Source: Balanoglossus misakiensis
Taxonomy: Eukaryota; Animalia; Hemichordata
DNA: 64,000 nt
Direction: 5' to 3'
Assembly (NCBI GenBank): GCA_040954595.2
Contig: CM082581.2
Span: 3,712,699 to 3,776,698, forward strand
The notes below the pieces were generated by a model. It was not told the DNA's origin. It saw only the letters and a program-made list of their open reading frames with translations, and did no database searches. The position numbers and the translations under genes were made by a program. Of the stretch, positions 1 through 13,145 are shown one piece after another; positions within the stretch are counted from its first letter, which is position 1, and the number at the start of each line of letters is the position of its first letter.

Positions 1-472
1 GTGGATCCCCTTAGCTGCTGCGTTGAGCATCATCCCAGTTGTCACGGAAACTCCGGCAGAAATGGCATCTCAGGGGTCAGTTTTTGTGTCCAAAATATTG
101 AAACCAATATTTTGATGTCTTTGCGGATAAAATATAAAGCTAGATCATGTAACCTGAAGTTTTAGGTTTTTTAATAGAAAATTTTCCATTACCCATACCT
201 AATTTCACTTTCCAGATAATTATATGACAACAGTTGATTTGCATCCTGTACATCCAGTATTGATCATCTTTTCAAACTCCTTGAGAATCTGTAAATGGCT
301 TCTCTTCCTTCAATCTATCTTCTGATTTTCTTGTGAAACTGCAAAAATCGATCGTCTTGAGATTCAATTTTTATTTGACCTAATCAAGTAAATGACAACA
401 CCACATCAGAGAAATGGGAATGGTTAAGATGTGAACTCACCCATGACATTCCTTTGTTCTTGTATTTCCCAG

Positions 473-3049
473 ATATAGATGAATGTCTCTCACTTCCTTG
501 TCAACACAACTCGGAATGTGCTGATTCTCTCAATGGATATACGTGCAACTGCAGTCTTGGATATGTAGGCACCAACTGTGAAATTGGTATGTTCCCATTA
601 AAGCTCAATTAGGTGTAACTTTTCACCATGCTTTCAGTACAGTAAAACCTGTCTAAACCGAACCCTGTCTAATCTGGAAACCTGTCTATACTGAACACAT
701 TTTCCTTCCCCTTTGACATAGAACCACATGTTAAAAGAACTTGTATAAACCAGACACCTCTGCAAACCGACCAATTTCTTCAGTTCCTTAGGTGTTTGGT
801 TTAGACAGGTTTTACTATACATGTACATGTACATGTATTTTTCTTTTGTATTATACAGAGGCATAGCACTCAGATACATCTTTGAATACAGGTGTAATTT
901 TTGTCTTCTTTGTAAAATCTTAGACATCGATGAATGCCAGCTGCAGCTATCAAATCCTTGTCAACACGACTCAACTTGTGTTGATGATGTCAATGGTTAT
1001 ACTTGTCAGTGCCAGCCTGGATATGAAGGAAGTCATTGCGAAACTGGTAAGTACATTATGTACTTGAATGTGAGGTGTCAGTATTTTGTCCGAGTGAATG
1101 CATACTTTGCAGCATTTTTTGTAATAACCTTTTTATTATTATACATCTTACATCTCTGTTAGTATTGCGTTGCATATTACTTTGTTTTAAAAACGTCAGT
1201 ATGATTGATCGTAACTGCTCAGCTGAAACACAGTACACAGTGAGCAGACATCTTTCTTTTTTTTTTTGATTGCGTTGGAGTGGGGGTTGTCTTGAAACCG
1301 TCCACAGTGTTATAATTGTTGAGAATTTTGAATGTTTCATCCAATAGTTTATTTGACGGTGTGAATTCATAATATTGCATTCTGCTTGATTTCCCCAGAT
1401 ATCAACGAATGTCTGTCGTTTCCATGTCAACACAACTCAGATTGTGCCGATAATATCAATGGATATACCTGTGACTGCTCACCTGGATATGAAGGCCCTA
1501 ACTGTGAAATGGGTATGTCCACTAGGCATCTTTTTAACAGCGGGCTGTTAAATTGGCTGCTTATAAACTGAAAAGACCTTTTTAAAGGGCCACGATCATC
1601 TTATACACATGTGACAAACCAGAGGCTCTGGTTACAAAATCTGTTTACAGTCAATATGCCATAAGTCAGTGTGCTGTCCTAACAACAAACAAGATGACGA
1701 CTATAGTCTGTGTCAGAGATCGGGAAAAGACAGCAAATTGGGTGAAAAGGAGGGACAAAACTAAAGTCTACTTATATGGTGCGTATGAAATATCCAAGCA
1801 AGCGAAGGCAGTCCATTATTTGAATGCGTCGAGGGCAAAATTTGCAGGACCTTTGGATTGGACGTAATGTTTGTACACACAAAATTAAGCACATACACAT
1901 AAGACGATTAAAAATGTTTCTTGTTGATTCTTGTCTTACAGATATAAATGAGTGTGAAGATTATGGATTGCACGATTGCACTCAAGTGTGCATTAATACC
2001 GATGGGTCCTTTGAATGTGAATGCCATTCGCTGTCCCACCAGTACCAAGATCGGTGTTACACAAAAGATGACACCATAAGTACCTATGATGATGCATTAT
2101 ATGCGTGCCGAGCAAGGGATCCTAGGTCATCAGATCTGGTGATAATGGAAACATTGGAGGAATATTATTACGTACGAGACAATGTTGCTGATGTTGATCG
2201 ATGGATTGGCCTTACTGACAGACAGGCAAGTTTCTGATTAGGTTAATTAAGGCTAGCCAGATGATGCAGTGTGTGGTTATCAAATTCCACAGCCTAATAC
2301 ACGCTCAAATAACAAATGGGCCATCCCAAGCAGAAAGGGGTCTTATGGGAGCGCGATACTTATGACCATAAGACCCCTGTCTGCTTGGGGTGGCCAATAT
2401 TGTGTAGAGAAGGTCCTCTGACTCCAAAACAGAGATGTAGAAGACACTTACCTCCACCAAAGACAGTTCTAGTTTCCTTCACAGTTTGTGTAAGTACACA
2501 CAATGCATCATGGAGGGATCTCTCTGCTTCATCTAAGATCTGTCGGGTTGCACCTCTAAGAACAATTGTACAGGCCTCACCGAGGGCAACACCAGTTTTA
2601 TCTTCTTCTTTTTTTGAAATTTTCACAAAAGATGCCATAAGAAAGAGCTGTTCAAATATTTTCACCATAAGAAGGTAGGGAGTGTTGCCTCATCATTTTC
2701 GACAATATTTAAAACCCTCTAACTGAAAAAGTAGAGTTGGAACACCCTGTTTTTCTCTTTATTTTTGTTTTGATTTACAATAAATCAGGAAAATGACAAT
2801 TTAGATCTTACATATGACCATTATTTATCCTTATTGAATTTCCATTGACAGGAAGAAGACGTGTTTCGATGGGCAGATGGTTCTTTGTTAGACAATGAGA
2901 ATGAATATTTCTATCCAATTGAACACTTTGGGAATTGGGAAAATTATGACTGTTGTGTAATACGATCATCCATGTCATCGGGGCTTCACATTTATAACTG
3001 TGATTCTCCTATTTTCTCAAGCATATGTGAGCAGCCCACACGATACTGA
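473..3049 (+). CDS. 3' part of an EGF-repeat (cbEGF) plus C-type lectin domain protein (fibropellin/Notch-like EGFs); 5' end lies outside the window
   Basis: Phase-1 EGF exons 473-586 ([37 protein letters not shown]), 924-1046 and 1399-1512; exon 1942-2225 (cbEGF plus first half of CTLD, ending WIGLTDRQ); exon 2852-3049 ([11 protein letters not shown]...ICEQPTRY*). AG/GT sites throughout, except a GC donor at 2226. Confidence 0.9.
640..817. mobile_element. pogo/Tigger-like (Tc1-mariner) MITE; further copies at 17418-17595 and 20675-20847, related element at 39249-39355
   Basis: TIR CAGTAAAACCTGTCTAAACC...GGTTTAGACAGGTTTTACT with TA flanks; three similar copies in the window. Confidence 0.8.
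2319..2395. repeat. 30-bp inverted repeat (hairpin)
   Basis: ggccatcccaagcagaaaggggtcttatgg / ccataagacccctgtctgcttggggtggcc, 28/30 complementary. Confidence 0.85.
2452..2605 (-). pseudogene. CCT2: Isolated exon fragment of chaperonin CCT-beta
   Basis: [48 protein letters not shown] nearly matches recalled CCT2; it ends at a GTAAGT donor (2446-2451); no other CCT2 exons seen. Confidence 0.85.
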
Positions 3050-3080
3050 TGTAATGTAATATCAAACAAATATAACACTA

Positions 3081-3426
3081 AGGGACAAAGTCTCTCTCTC
3101 ACTGCCCTTTTCCATTAATTATGTTTGATACAAGACACTTTGTGTTAATGTACATGTGGATATATAGTGAATCAACGTTCGACCACACACACCTTCCATC
3201 CAACTTGTAGACACGAAAGTGAAAAGAACACGCCAAAATGAATAATCGGTCCTAACCATTTAATAATTTTGGGCGAGTTTTCACTCTCATACCCTACAAA
3301 TGGGATGGAAGTTGTTTGTGGTTGAACGTTCATTCACTACATATCCACTTTTAGAAAAACATAAACGATGTCTTGTATCAAACTTAATTAATGAAAAGGG
3401 GGCAGCGAGAGAGAGACTTTGTCCCT
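3081..3426. mobile_element. Kolobok-like non-autonomous element, family 1; copies at 26353-26699, 33679-34039, 48132-48411, partial at about 5925-6107
   Basis: Long TIR AGGGACAAAGTCTCTCTCTC..CTGCCCTTTTTCCATTAATTATGTTTGATACAAGAC, AG...CT termini, TTAA flanks in most copies. Confidence 0.8.
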
Positions 3427-3430
3427 TTAA

Positions 3431-3694
3431 AGGAAAGCGGTCGTCGCGCTGCACGTCTGCGTATTGAGTTTGTTTAACCCACCAATTCCTGCGATTAGAT
3501 ATTTTTAGAATGGACGAAGAGGCCTAGTGTAGCATAGTCACCATTAAAGATGAAATTGTATGTTGGTGAAACTCGCTGAACAAACATGCGTAGCCGCCAT
3601 TATTACTTTGCAGAGATCAGTGAGGCATTCTCGGACATATTCTCACCCAAGGGGGCACCAACATGCGTTGGCACGGCGGGACGACCACTTCACT
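3431..3694. mobile_element. Kolobok-like MITE sharing a TTAA with the preceding element
   Basis: TTAA-AGGAAAGCGGTCGTC...GACGACCACTTCACT-TTAA. Confidence 0.6.
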
Positions 3695-4189
3695 TTAAAG
3701 TTATAATATTTGAAGTAAAAGCACTTGTTTGGTCTGTTGTTTAACATTAATGATCATATTTATCTTGTGCAGAATTTTTCCAGTTTTTAACTACTGTGAC
3801 ACAATGGTGTGTGTTGATGAACTTTCCTTATGAAATCTTTATACAGTGCGCTGTATGCCATGGTTACACATTATTGGCATTTTTATATTTAAAGCTCAAA
3901 TCCCGAATTATTGTGAAAGCATAGTTCAGACAGTCTTTTTAATCTTGTAAAATGAGGCCAATTAATACTTCCGGGAATGTGTTGGTTTGGGATTATCAGT
4001 TGCTTTGAGTTGATTATTATTAGAGAATAACAATTTTGTAATGTAATTTTAAGTTCGATTTATTTATTATATAGTTGTGATTATAATTGTTTGTGTGGTT
4101 ATTTAAATTAATAAAAGTGTTGCATGAAATTTTGACAGCAAAAACATGGTTCACATTGGTGTCCCAATAACAGCCATGGACTAGCTTCT

Positions 4190-7147
4190 TCACACCATCA
4201 ATTGATCAATAATGGCTGTCCAGTTTTCCAGAGTCCATGATGTATCGAAGTCTAAATGTACCACATGATTGAGAAAAATCGTTGGAGAGGAGTAAACACC
4301 AGCTGAAAAAACAACAACATAAACAACATTGTTGTGGGCTGTTTTACGACTAGATTTAAAGTGCGCATGGTAAACTTTGGTTTTTTGTTTCAATATCTTG
4401 ACTTTGTTTTTTTATTTTCCACTTGAAGGATTTATGAAGTGTTCAGTCTTTAGCTTTTCAAAATACATGCACTAACTAATGTGTAGCATATACATGTATG
4501 CTGTGTTGACTGACTCATTTTAGCAAGTTTAGAAAGTTGTCAATGAGACCAAAATAGTGAAATAATCATCAGATTCTACAGTTAGTATCACTTGAACCCT
4601 TTCACCCCCAGTTCTCTCTATGGTGGTCCAAATTAGAAAGAAAGAAATGTGGGTTGATTATCCCAAAGAAAACATACCAGTAATACCGACTTTCCATTCA
4701 ACTCTGGTGAGATAATCAGTCTGTGGCTCATTGTATTCATCTAGAAAGACTTGGCGATTCAGTCCCACGTCCTCTGCCAGATCTGCCAGAATGCTGAGAT
4801 ATAACGACATTGATATTAGTTAGTAATAAAGCATTTACACCCAGAACATAAACTGGAAAACTGTCTGCATTCGTCTTTTGTCATAGGATTACATTGTGAA
4901 TAGCTAGAAAAATCACTTCTACTTAAGTTAGTTTTATGAAATTTACACATAGCTCAGTCAAACAAAAATAAATTCATCGGTCAAATATCGCTGCGTTGAT
5001 GATTACATTTTCTCTCAAATTAATGTTGTTACTAATCATTGTATTTCTTGTGTATTAAACTATTTGTTATATGAAGCAGGACAGACATTCTTTGTTGTGA
5101 TTTGCTAGAAATTACATGATAGGAAAATAAAATAATTATTTCCCTAGGGAAATAGTCCATTAACAATTATCTGATCACATGACTATTGTGAGTTCATTTC
5201 ATGACATATTCATTTCATGACATATTCATGACATATTGCCTGATTTTCGAACTGACGTTGCACCCCCATACCCCAAGTGACTGTGAGGTTGCCAGAATTG
5301 CATGCTATTCCTGGTAAGTCACAGTCCCTTAGGGGAAATAGATGGGTACTATAGCCCTCATGGCCAGGCAATATGTGTTCAATATTTGATAAGACAGAGA
5401 AGGAGAGAGAGAGTGATAGGTAGAGATAGGTAGAGAGAGAGGGGGGGGGGGAAAGAGAGAGAGAGAGAGAGAGGGGGGGGGGGAAAGAGAGAGGGAGAGA
5501 GAGAGAGAGAAAGAAAGAGAGTGCGAGACAGACTGACAGATATAAATAATTTTGATTTGCTTACTTCAGCAACTCAGAATCGCTAACAGTATCTGGTGAT
5601 TTGCCAATCTTGTGCTGGTTTGCAAATACAAGATCTATATATGGTATAGTCAGTGTAGAATCTAATTGGTCAACAGCCCTGGTTGCCTGGAAAAGAATGT
5701 AATTACATACAATGTAATCTGTTTTTCAGTACATTAATTCCCACAGTATCTTCTTACAATGAAATTGTTCTATTGTGTGTGTTTTTTTTTACTGAGAGAG
5801 TGAGAATAATAGATTCTCACACTCCCAAGGACCTGGGATTGTATTTCTCGCATGAGTTGGGGATTTTCTGTCCCACACAAGCCGCAGGTGAGTGTGAGAC
5901 AAAATATCCCCAACGAGTGTGAGACATGATCCCAATGTTTTCATTTTGACGAGATTTTGCTCTCATATCTTACAAATAGGATGGAAGTTGTGTGTGGTTG
6001 AACGTTGATTCACTATATATTCACATGTAGAATAACATAAACGGTGTCTTGTCTCAAACATAATTAATGGAAAAGGGCAGCGAGAGAGTGACTTAATTTG
6101 TCCCTTTATTTACGTGAGGTGACTGCTATGTAGGGGTGGTCACTAACAGGGGTTTGACTGTACCGGTATATCATGCAGTTCAATAAAGTGACAATAGTAT
6201 TTCTACCGGTATATCCGTTACTCTTTCAGAGAAATCACTGCTGAGAATGACTGTGTAGTGCGACCACCACGAAGGGGGCGTATCCTTTGCATGTTGCTGT
6301 GTCTTGTACGTGCCTGAAGTGACGAGGATGGATTCAAGATATGAGGTGAGGTTAATTAATTTAGCATATCTCATTATAGCTAATATTGTCAGTGAGGTGT
6401 CTTGAAGTGCACTATCGCCCAGTCCATATGGTTGCATGGCCAGGTTGTCCTGGTTACAGTCTCCCTAGCAACCTGTGTGCATCTTCAACCCCTCTATCCA
6501 GTCATTTGTACCTTCTTCAGTGTAAATCTCAAAATCCTCATGACCAATCACACTCAGGGAGGGAGTGTAACTTATCATCTTGGTTAAATCTATCTGGTGC
6601 CTGTTAATTTACATGTAGCTGTAGATTGTGTATATACTGCTTGATCAGTTGAGAGTGTTCAACAGACAAGCAATTTTCACTCAAACCTTTCAACACATGA
6701 ATATAATTGAAAGATATTTTTGGAGGTAAACTGACACAAATTAATGGCTAGGGAACAGAAACACCAGCAGTTTGCAAACCAACATGCAAACATCAAGAAT
6801 TGTGAATGGATTTCCAGCAAAGTATTATAGTGAAAATCCTGAGACATTGTGATAAATGTACCTACCCTTGCTGACAAAAAGGCCCCTCTTTTATAAGGCA
6901 GGGGAAATCCGTTAAAAATGATACGAACTTGATCTGGTCCATAGTGGTCACCAACTTCTTTTAGGACAGGATAAGATGCATTAGCATCTGGGCATTGTAG
7001 ATCCTGCCAGACATTCATTTTCACGGGAGCGTTGTTGCTTCCATTAATGTACGGGTAACCGAACGTTTCCTTGGGTATCAGGATTTGATAAAAGCTTGCT
7101 GTGGCAAAAGCACACAGAGAGACTGCAAACACAAGATACTTTAACAT
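4190..7147 (-). CDS. Secreted thioredoxin-fold (DsbA/Thioredoxin_4-like) protein, 210 aa, 4 exons
   Basis: Exons 7147-6866, 5686-5565, 4793-4678, 4302-4190 with consistent phases (0,2,1). Signal peptide MLKYLVFAVSLCAFATA; DLQCPDA active-site region; FPLPY; TRVEWK; GVYSSPTIFLN cis-Pro loop; WTLENWTAIIDQL. Confidence 0.88.
5395..5522. repeat. (GA)n and poly-G microsatellite
   Basis: Direct reading. Confidence 0.9.
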
Positions 7148-8326
7148 TGTGCGCAGATCGAGTTGACAATCGATGGGGCTTTCTGTAAAACGTTGGCAAA
7201 TTAAACTTAACTGCAGGTGATCTTCACCAGACCAGACTCTGAAGAGACACTGTGGAAATTGTCAATGTCACATCACATTTATTCAATATCAGCAAACGGA
7301 TGATAAAATTAACTTTATCAGCGTGAGAGTTGAGATACTCAAACAAGCTGTAGCTAGACTGTTGAAACCTTTTCGGCACAAAAAATGAAATTAGAGATAT
7401 ACATGTACGCGTCATCCTGTTTTGGCTTTTGGCCATATAAAATAACATGGTGGTCTTCAGCTTTATGGGGAACAGAATAAAGCCACCACTCGGGGTAAAA
7501 GTGCCAAATATCCATTTCAGTATTAAACTGTACTGAATAATAAAACTTTGGTTCATCCCAGGTGGTCTGTAAAAGTATATTGACACAAACTCATTTCAAA
7601 AGAGTGTAAATTCAGGTGTGGTTTTCTAGACAAGAACTTTATATACACAAATTTGACCGACATTTCTTGAAAATATATCGTAGCACAGATCTTGGAGGTG
7701 AGATTGATTAAACCACAGAGGGCGCACTTCTCTTCTAATACTTGTCCATTTATATATCTATAGCCATAATGGTTAATTAAATTGCCAACTTTGCTAAAAT
7801 TTCAAGAAGCATTTTTATAGTCGTCTTCATCCAGAGTTTTCTGAAAAGTCGCGTAATTAGTTAGAGAGTCTGTTTTTATTTCAGACCAATTTTACACAAA
7901 TTCTCGTAGTGGGAACGATTGCAGCTTGTCAAATCATTATGATATTGAAATTATCAAAATCATTGTTTGTAATTGACACTGTACCAGCTAGTACTGTCTC
8001 AATGCGACCTTGTCATCAGAAGAGCTGTTGACTAATGTATTTTGGCACAGTTGCACTGATATAATATAATGATGAGAACTGGTGAGGGAAACCTATACCG
8101 GTATATTGCAACTCTGATCATAGTTGTTAATATAGTGCAGCCATGAGTGTCAGAAATTGACACGGGAAATCAAACTGCATATGATGACTTAAAAATAAGG
8201 GGTCGTCGCGCCGCGTTTGTTTGTTTATAATGATAACTTGATGATGACAAGTAAATCAGAACACCCTTGAAATGATAACAATCACTACATCTTGATGGAA
8301 TATATTTATTTTAATATATAGTATTG

Positions 8327-8517
8327 AACACCTATTGCCTGGCCATGAGGGCCATAGCGGCCGTTTATTACACCCGAGGGGCTGTGAGTTACCAGAATCA
8401 CATGCTATTTCCCGAGGCCGCAGGCCGAGGGAAATAGCATATGATTCTGGTAACTCACAGTCACGAGGGGGTAAAAACGGCTGCTATGGCCCGAATATAG
8501 GCCAGGCTATAGGTGTT
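8327..8517. mobile_element. Long palindromic non-autonomous element (foldback, possibly Crypton-type); decayed inverted copy at about 5275-5380
   Basis: Near-perfect palindrome of about 190 bp centred on CCCGAGGCCGCAGGCCGAGGG; superfamily assignment is tentative. Confidence 0.6.
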
Positions 8518-9220
8518 TTATAATAAACCTCATGCTAACAGCTGGGAAAATCTTGCAATTTTCTCTTGAGGTTGGCAGACGACATCTTCCGCGGTGGCCA
8601 TTGTGTCAGACGACGCGACGCTGATTGACGTGACCGAGTCTGCGCACTCACGCTGGTCACGTGACCGGTTTATATTTTTTCTGCTATTTCCCTAGCGGTT
8701 CATAGTCGATTCTATGTTCCTATCACGTGATGGATTCTGGCGAATCACGGCACAGTATTAGCATTTAAACTATGGGGTGCAATCCCTCCTTTACTGATAT
8801 TTGTCTTGCGGAATTTGGGACAAAAAGGAACCACCTTTCTTTAATTTATTTGACATTTCATTCTAAATAAATTTCTTTATTTCACAGAGTTGAAATTAGG
8901 ATATTGAAACCAATTCCAGTGAAAGTAGATCCGTTAGAGTGGAAAAAGAGATTGCAGATCTGATAACCTCACCAACACTGGGTAAGTATGGATACCGTGT
9001 CCATCAGTATGAATGGAAATGAAAGATTGCTTTCTAATCTGTGACATTCAGGAAAAACAATGTGAATATTTTTAATTGTTATATTAATATTAAATATTAA
9101 TACTGCTACCATAAAAAAGACCTTTGCACTTGATATCTGTTGTTATGCTGTGTAGCTCTTCCATAGTCTCAACTTTCACTAAAGTAATTGTAAAAATTTT
9201 GCTGCTCCTCATGCACTTAC

Positions 9221-9397
9221 CTGAAGTTGCATTGATGGATATCCTTTTCTGTTAATAAAATCTTGGTCTCCAGCAATGCATGCAGCAAGCCGTATATGTG
9301 TGCCATCCATGAGACCAATTACTCCAGGGAAGCCATAATCCATCTGAAAATTTTGTGCAATTTCACGTTGACGCTGGTAATCTGGCCACACAATAAC
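9221..9397 (-). mobile_element. PIF/Harbinger (HARBI1-like) DDE transposase exon, remnant
   Basis: VIVWPDYQRQREIAQNFQMDYGFPGVIGLMDGTHIRL...FINRKGYPSMQLQ between AG and GTAAGT; other exons not found. Confidence 0.85.
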
Positions 9398-9898
9398 CTT
9401 CAGGGAAATGAAAAATAATAGTACATGAGTACTAAAACCTCTTTTTTTTCTCATTTGATATAGTTGCTTTTTTGTCATGAGAACATCAGTTAGAATTTTG
9501 TTCCTACTTCACAGATGGTTTAATTTTGCAACCTGGCAAAGTGTTTAAAGTTTGCTTAAAAAGACATAAACAACTTTCATCTTTCTTTCTTTCTATCTTT
9601 CAGCATGATTTTCGTGTAAATATCTTAAAACATCTATCAATAACAAAAACACAAGACACTGTAAAAGCTTTCTGTCTGGTTAAAACTCTGTTTAGCTTTT
9701 CTTGTCATTCTTTTTAGAAATAGGTCTCTACTCACAGATTAGGACACAGCAAAACAACTTTTTTTCTGAACTTTTGACTCAACTGTTTTTGCAACAACAA
9801 AAAACGAAATGGTGAAAAAAAGACAACCGACTAAAAATGTAAAAATAAAATGTTAAAAAAAGTAGTAATAACAACATTTTTTAGCCGAGTCGTCTAAC

Positions 9899-9938
9899 GA
9901 TGGCGCCCTCTATAAACCTAAAAATAAATCTCGCGAGA
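9899..9938. promoter_or_regulatory. SMIM8 promoter: palindromic TCTCGCGAGA (CGCG/BANP-type) element and a YY1-like GATGGCG
   Basis: TCTCGCGAGA at 9929-9938, about 170 bp upstream of the ATG at 10110. Confidence 0.5.
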
Positions 9939-10109
9939 ATGTGCGTGACGGACTAGGTCAAAGGTTACAGATGTTTCCTGCATGTCGGAATGAAAATGGA
10001 TGTGTTGTGGTTGATGTAAGTTGAAAGTCGAGAGATTTTAACGCTTAACCACCGAACCAGCACAAATTGGTTATATGTACAGCCCACAAAAGGAGCAACA
10101 ACGGCAACG

Positions 10110-11434
10110 ATGACAGAGAAGGATCCCGCTCGCGCTGTGCCAAAAGCCACGAAATCTGAACCTGGCAGTGGCATCAGAACTGTAAGAACAACCAGTCTCT
10201 TCCGGGCCGTCAACTTTGAACTCTTCGTCAAACCGGTAGGTTCTTGAGCATTAAATGGTAAACACCGCAAGGTAGGCGTGCAATTGCCCGCCAAGGTCAT
10301 ATTTTAGTTGGGTAAAATACGCTCCATCCAGGGTCAATGGGTAAAGGCTATTAGCACGGAAGCAGTGAGTTGCGAGTGCGCCGCCTACGGCAAACTCTAG
10401 TTTCTCTGGCTGCATGCATGGGCTGCATGTGTGTAATTTTGGAGTGCATGGTTGGAATATCACACTTTGTCAATGAATGTCATCATAGTACATGTACAAC
10501 TACATTTTCTAAAACAGTCATTGAACCTTACTCTGTGTGGCAGGGATGTGTGTTGGAGGCACAGGTGGTAGTTCTGCATACAGGTTTGTGTGACAGACCT
10601 GTACACAGAGCTACGCTACAATGTAGTCTGGAATCCCAACTGGCGTGTATATTCGCTGAACTGCACACACGCTCGCGATCGCCAGCCAGAATTCCAGACT
10701 AGAGCTACGCAGGTGGTAGCATTAAGAGCATTGCAGAGCTACACAGAACCATGCATATAAAACACATTTTCATGGTTGGGGTTGGGATAGTGGATACTTG
10801 GTCGAAAACAACTTATCAACAAAGTTTGGTTGGCCTAAAAAAAAATCATCCTAAAATTCCCAGAAATTTAAGCAAATGTTGAATTAAAAAAAACTAATAA
10901 AGAGATTGACACAGGGTACTATCGACATTTCACTGCAAATGGATTAGTTAATAAATAAATATTTCAGTAGACTACAATGCAAGAACCAAGGATTGAAAAA
11001 TTTAAAAACTGCATTTGTGAAAGCAATGTTACACAATCTGATGCTCTTTTATTTTGGGAAAAATAAATAGAAACCCATTTTCGTAAGAGTTATTGCCTTA
11101 TGTAAATTAGTTAATTTTATATTTATACATTCCCAGGGAGAACTCTACAATGTATGAAACCCCTCAAACTAGTGATTTAGTCCAGATTTCCAAAATATTT
11201 TGAGCAACCGCGTGTTTCTGTCGTTTGGATTGTTTTCCTTTGTAAACTTACTCTGCATTTCATTCTTTACAGAACAAAGTGGTGATGGCATTTGGTCTTG
11301 CTGCCATAACTGGGTGTGTGGCATATATGGCATTTCTGAACGCCATGGCTGAAAACAAAAAGGAGGAAGTCTATGTTGCATACAACGCAGATGGAACAAC
11401 AGAAACCAAATGGAAGAAATCAAAATGGGACTAG
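10110..11434 (+). CDS. SMIM8: Small integral membrane protein 8, 95 aa, 2 exons
   Basis: Exon 10110-10235 (MTEKDP...GIRTVRTTSLFRAVNFELFVKP) plus exon 11273-11434 (NKVVMAFGLAAITGCVAYMAFLNAMAENKKEEVY...KKSKWD*); matches recalled SMIM8 motifs RTT.LFRAVN.ELF.KPNK.VMAFGL and SKWD; AATAAA at 11791. Confidence 0.93.
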
Positions 11435-13145
11435 AACTGGATGTTGTGCATGTTCTGAATTGCATGGATGTTTGTGATTGTTCAACATCTGTCTTGGAAA
11501 TCTAAGACTTGGCTATGGTGGTTTCCCAAATGAAATGAAATGAATGCAGTCCTGGCATCTGTGTACTGAGGTGGATGAGTGGAGCGACGACCACAGCCTA
11601 CACATATAGAAATACATTGTACGTGAATCTAGACACTTCTGGATGACACAGTCAGTTTACACCAGAGTTTATGGGTCACTCATGCCGTGGTTGATGAAAA
11701 TATGCTGATATTCAGTGTACATGCTTGACAAAGGAGAAATCTTCACGCATGCTTATAAAGTGTGCTGTGTAACTGGAATATAATGAAACCAATAAAATGA
11801 ATTCATACCAAGCTTTGAGTAATCAGCCACAGCTTATCCCAAAAGGTTGACTTTGTGATTTTTCAGGATTTGTCTATGGTGCTGTGTCTAGAAATTGACC
11901 AGTCAGAACTAGTGCACATATTGGCCAGTTTTGATAGTTGGGAGAGTGAAACGACAGTGCATTTCAGTAACTTTCGATTTTGAGAGACTTTAAAGTTTGA
12001 AGGATTCGTATGTACCTGTCAAAAAGAATGGAAATAAAGATTACTGTCCATTTCATTCAGAAGATTTATGTGTTCTAGTCTACTTACATGACAGACATAC
12101 ATATGGACATACATAGACGTGTTCAGCCTATACGAAGATTCTATTTATATATACCCAGTAAATATACACAAATGCCTAGTAAAAACGAACATGTCAAATA
12201 GGTAAGAAATTATGAGCACACTATTTGATCAAATGGCTGTTTCTTTTCAAGATTTTTATGGTGTACTTGTTTCCCCACGAGGCTCGCCTGTCAGATTTTG
12301 AACCTGGCCGCAAAACAACTATGTGGCAGAGCCATTAGCCAGATGGATACTTGTGTCAAATTATTCAAAAGAAGGAATTTGATGTGTGTATGGAGCCTAG
12401 TGTATGAGAGGTTCAAGATGTTGCAGCCACATGCAAGGGTGGCAAAAGGTTTTTCTCGTGGTAAAACTACCACATGACAATCATTGAAACACAATTAACT
12501 TTCAAATTGGACACTGGATTGGCAATATTTTATTAATTACACCTGTCAGCAAATTTTCTCAAGGTGCCATTCATGAACTACATGTACTACTATGTTTGCA
12601 AAATTTGTTCAAACTGTTGTGAAAGGCTGCATACATCAAATGGGTCCATCCCTAATTGATTCTATGTTGATTGGTCAGTATGCTTTAGAGGGATTATATT
12701 TTGATACAGCATCTTTCAAGTGTTGCTGATCCATTGGTGTAATAATGTTATGTAGAAGTTAATATTACATTTAGACAGATTGGCTGGTCTGAAGTAACGA
12801 CAGATATACATTTACAATTTTATAAGATAATTTTATTAAAAGAAAACAAAATATCATTGAATGAGAAACAATTGCCACAGACGTTTCCAATATTTTTTTC
12901 CAATAAATTATTATAAAAGTACACAACATTTTTTCAGACAGAGCTTCCAACAGTTCCACTGAACTACATGGCAACAAGAAGATTCTAATACAGCTTTAAA
13001 AAAAGTATAAACGGCTTTTTTGATGTGATGTCTTTTAAAGTATGGTGGCCCGTATTGCATTGAACTGATAACAAGACACCCTCACACCGGTAAAGTAACT
13101 AACTTAGATTATTAGATGATGCTGTGATAAAAATAAAAACCACCA

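Noticed and set aside
199-339. Exon-like segment on the minus strand (tttttgcag ... AG|gtatgg)
   Set aside because: Stops in all three frames and no recognisable homology
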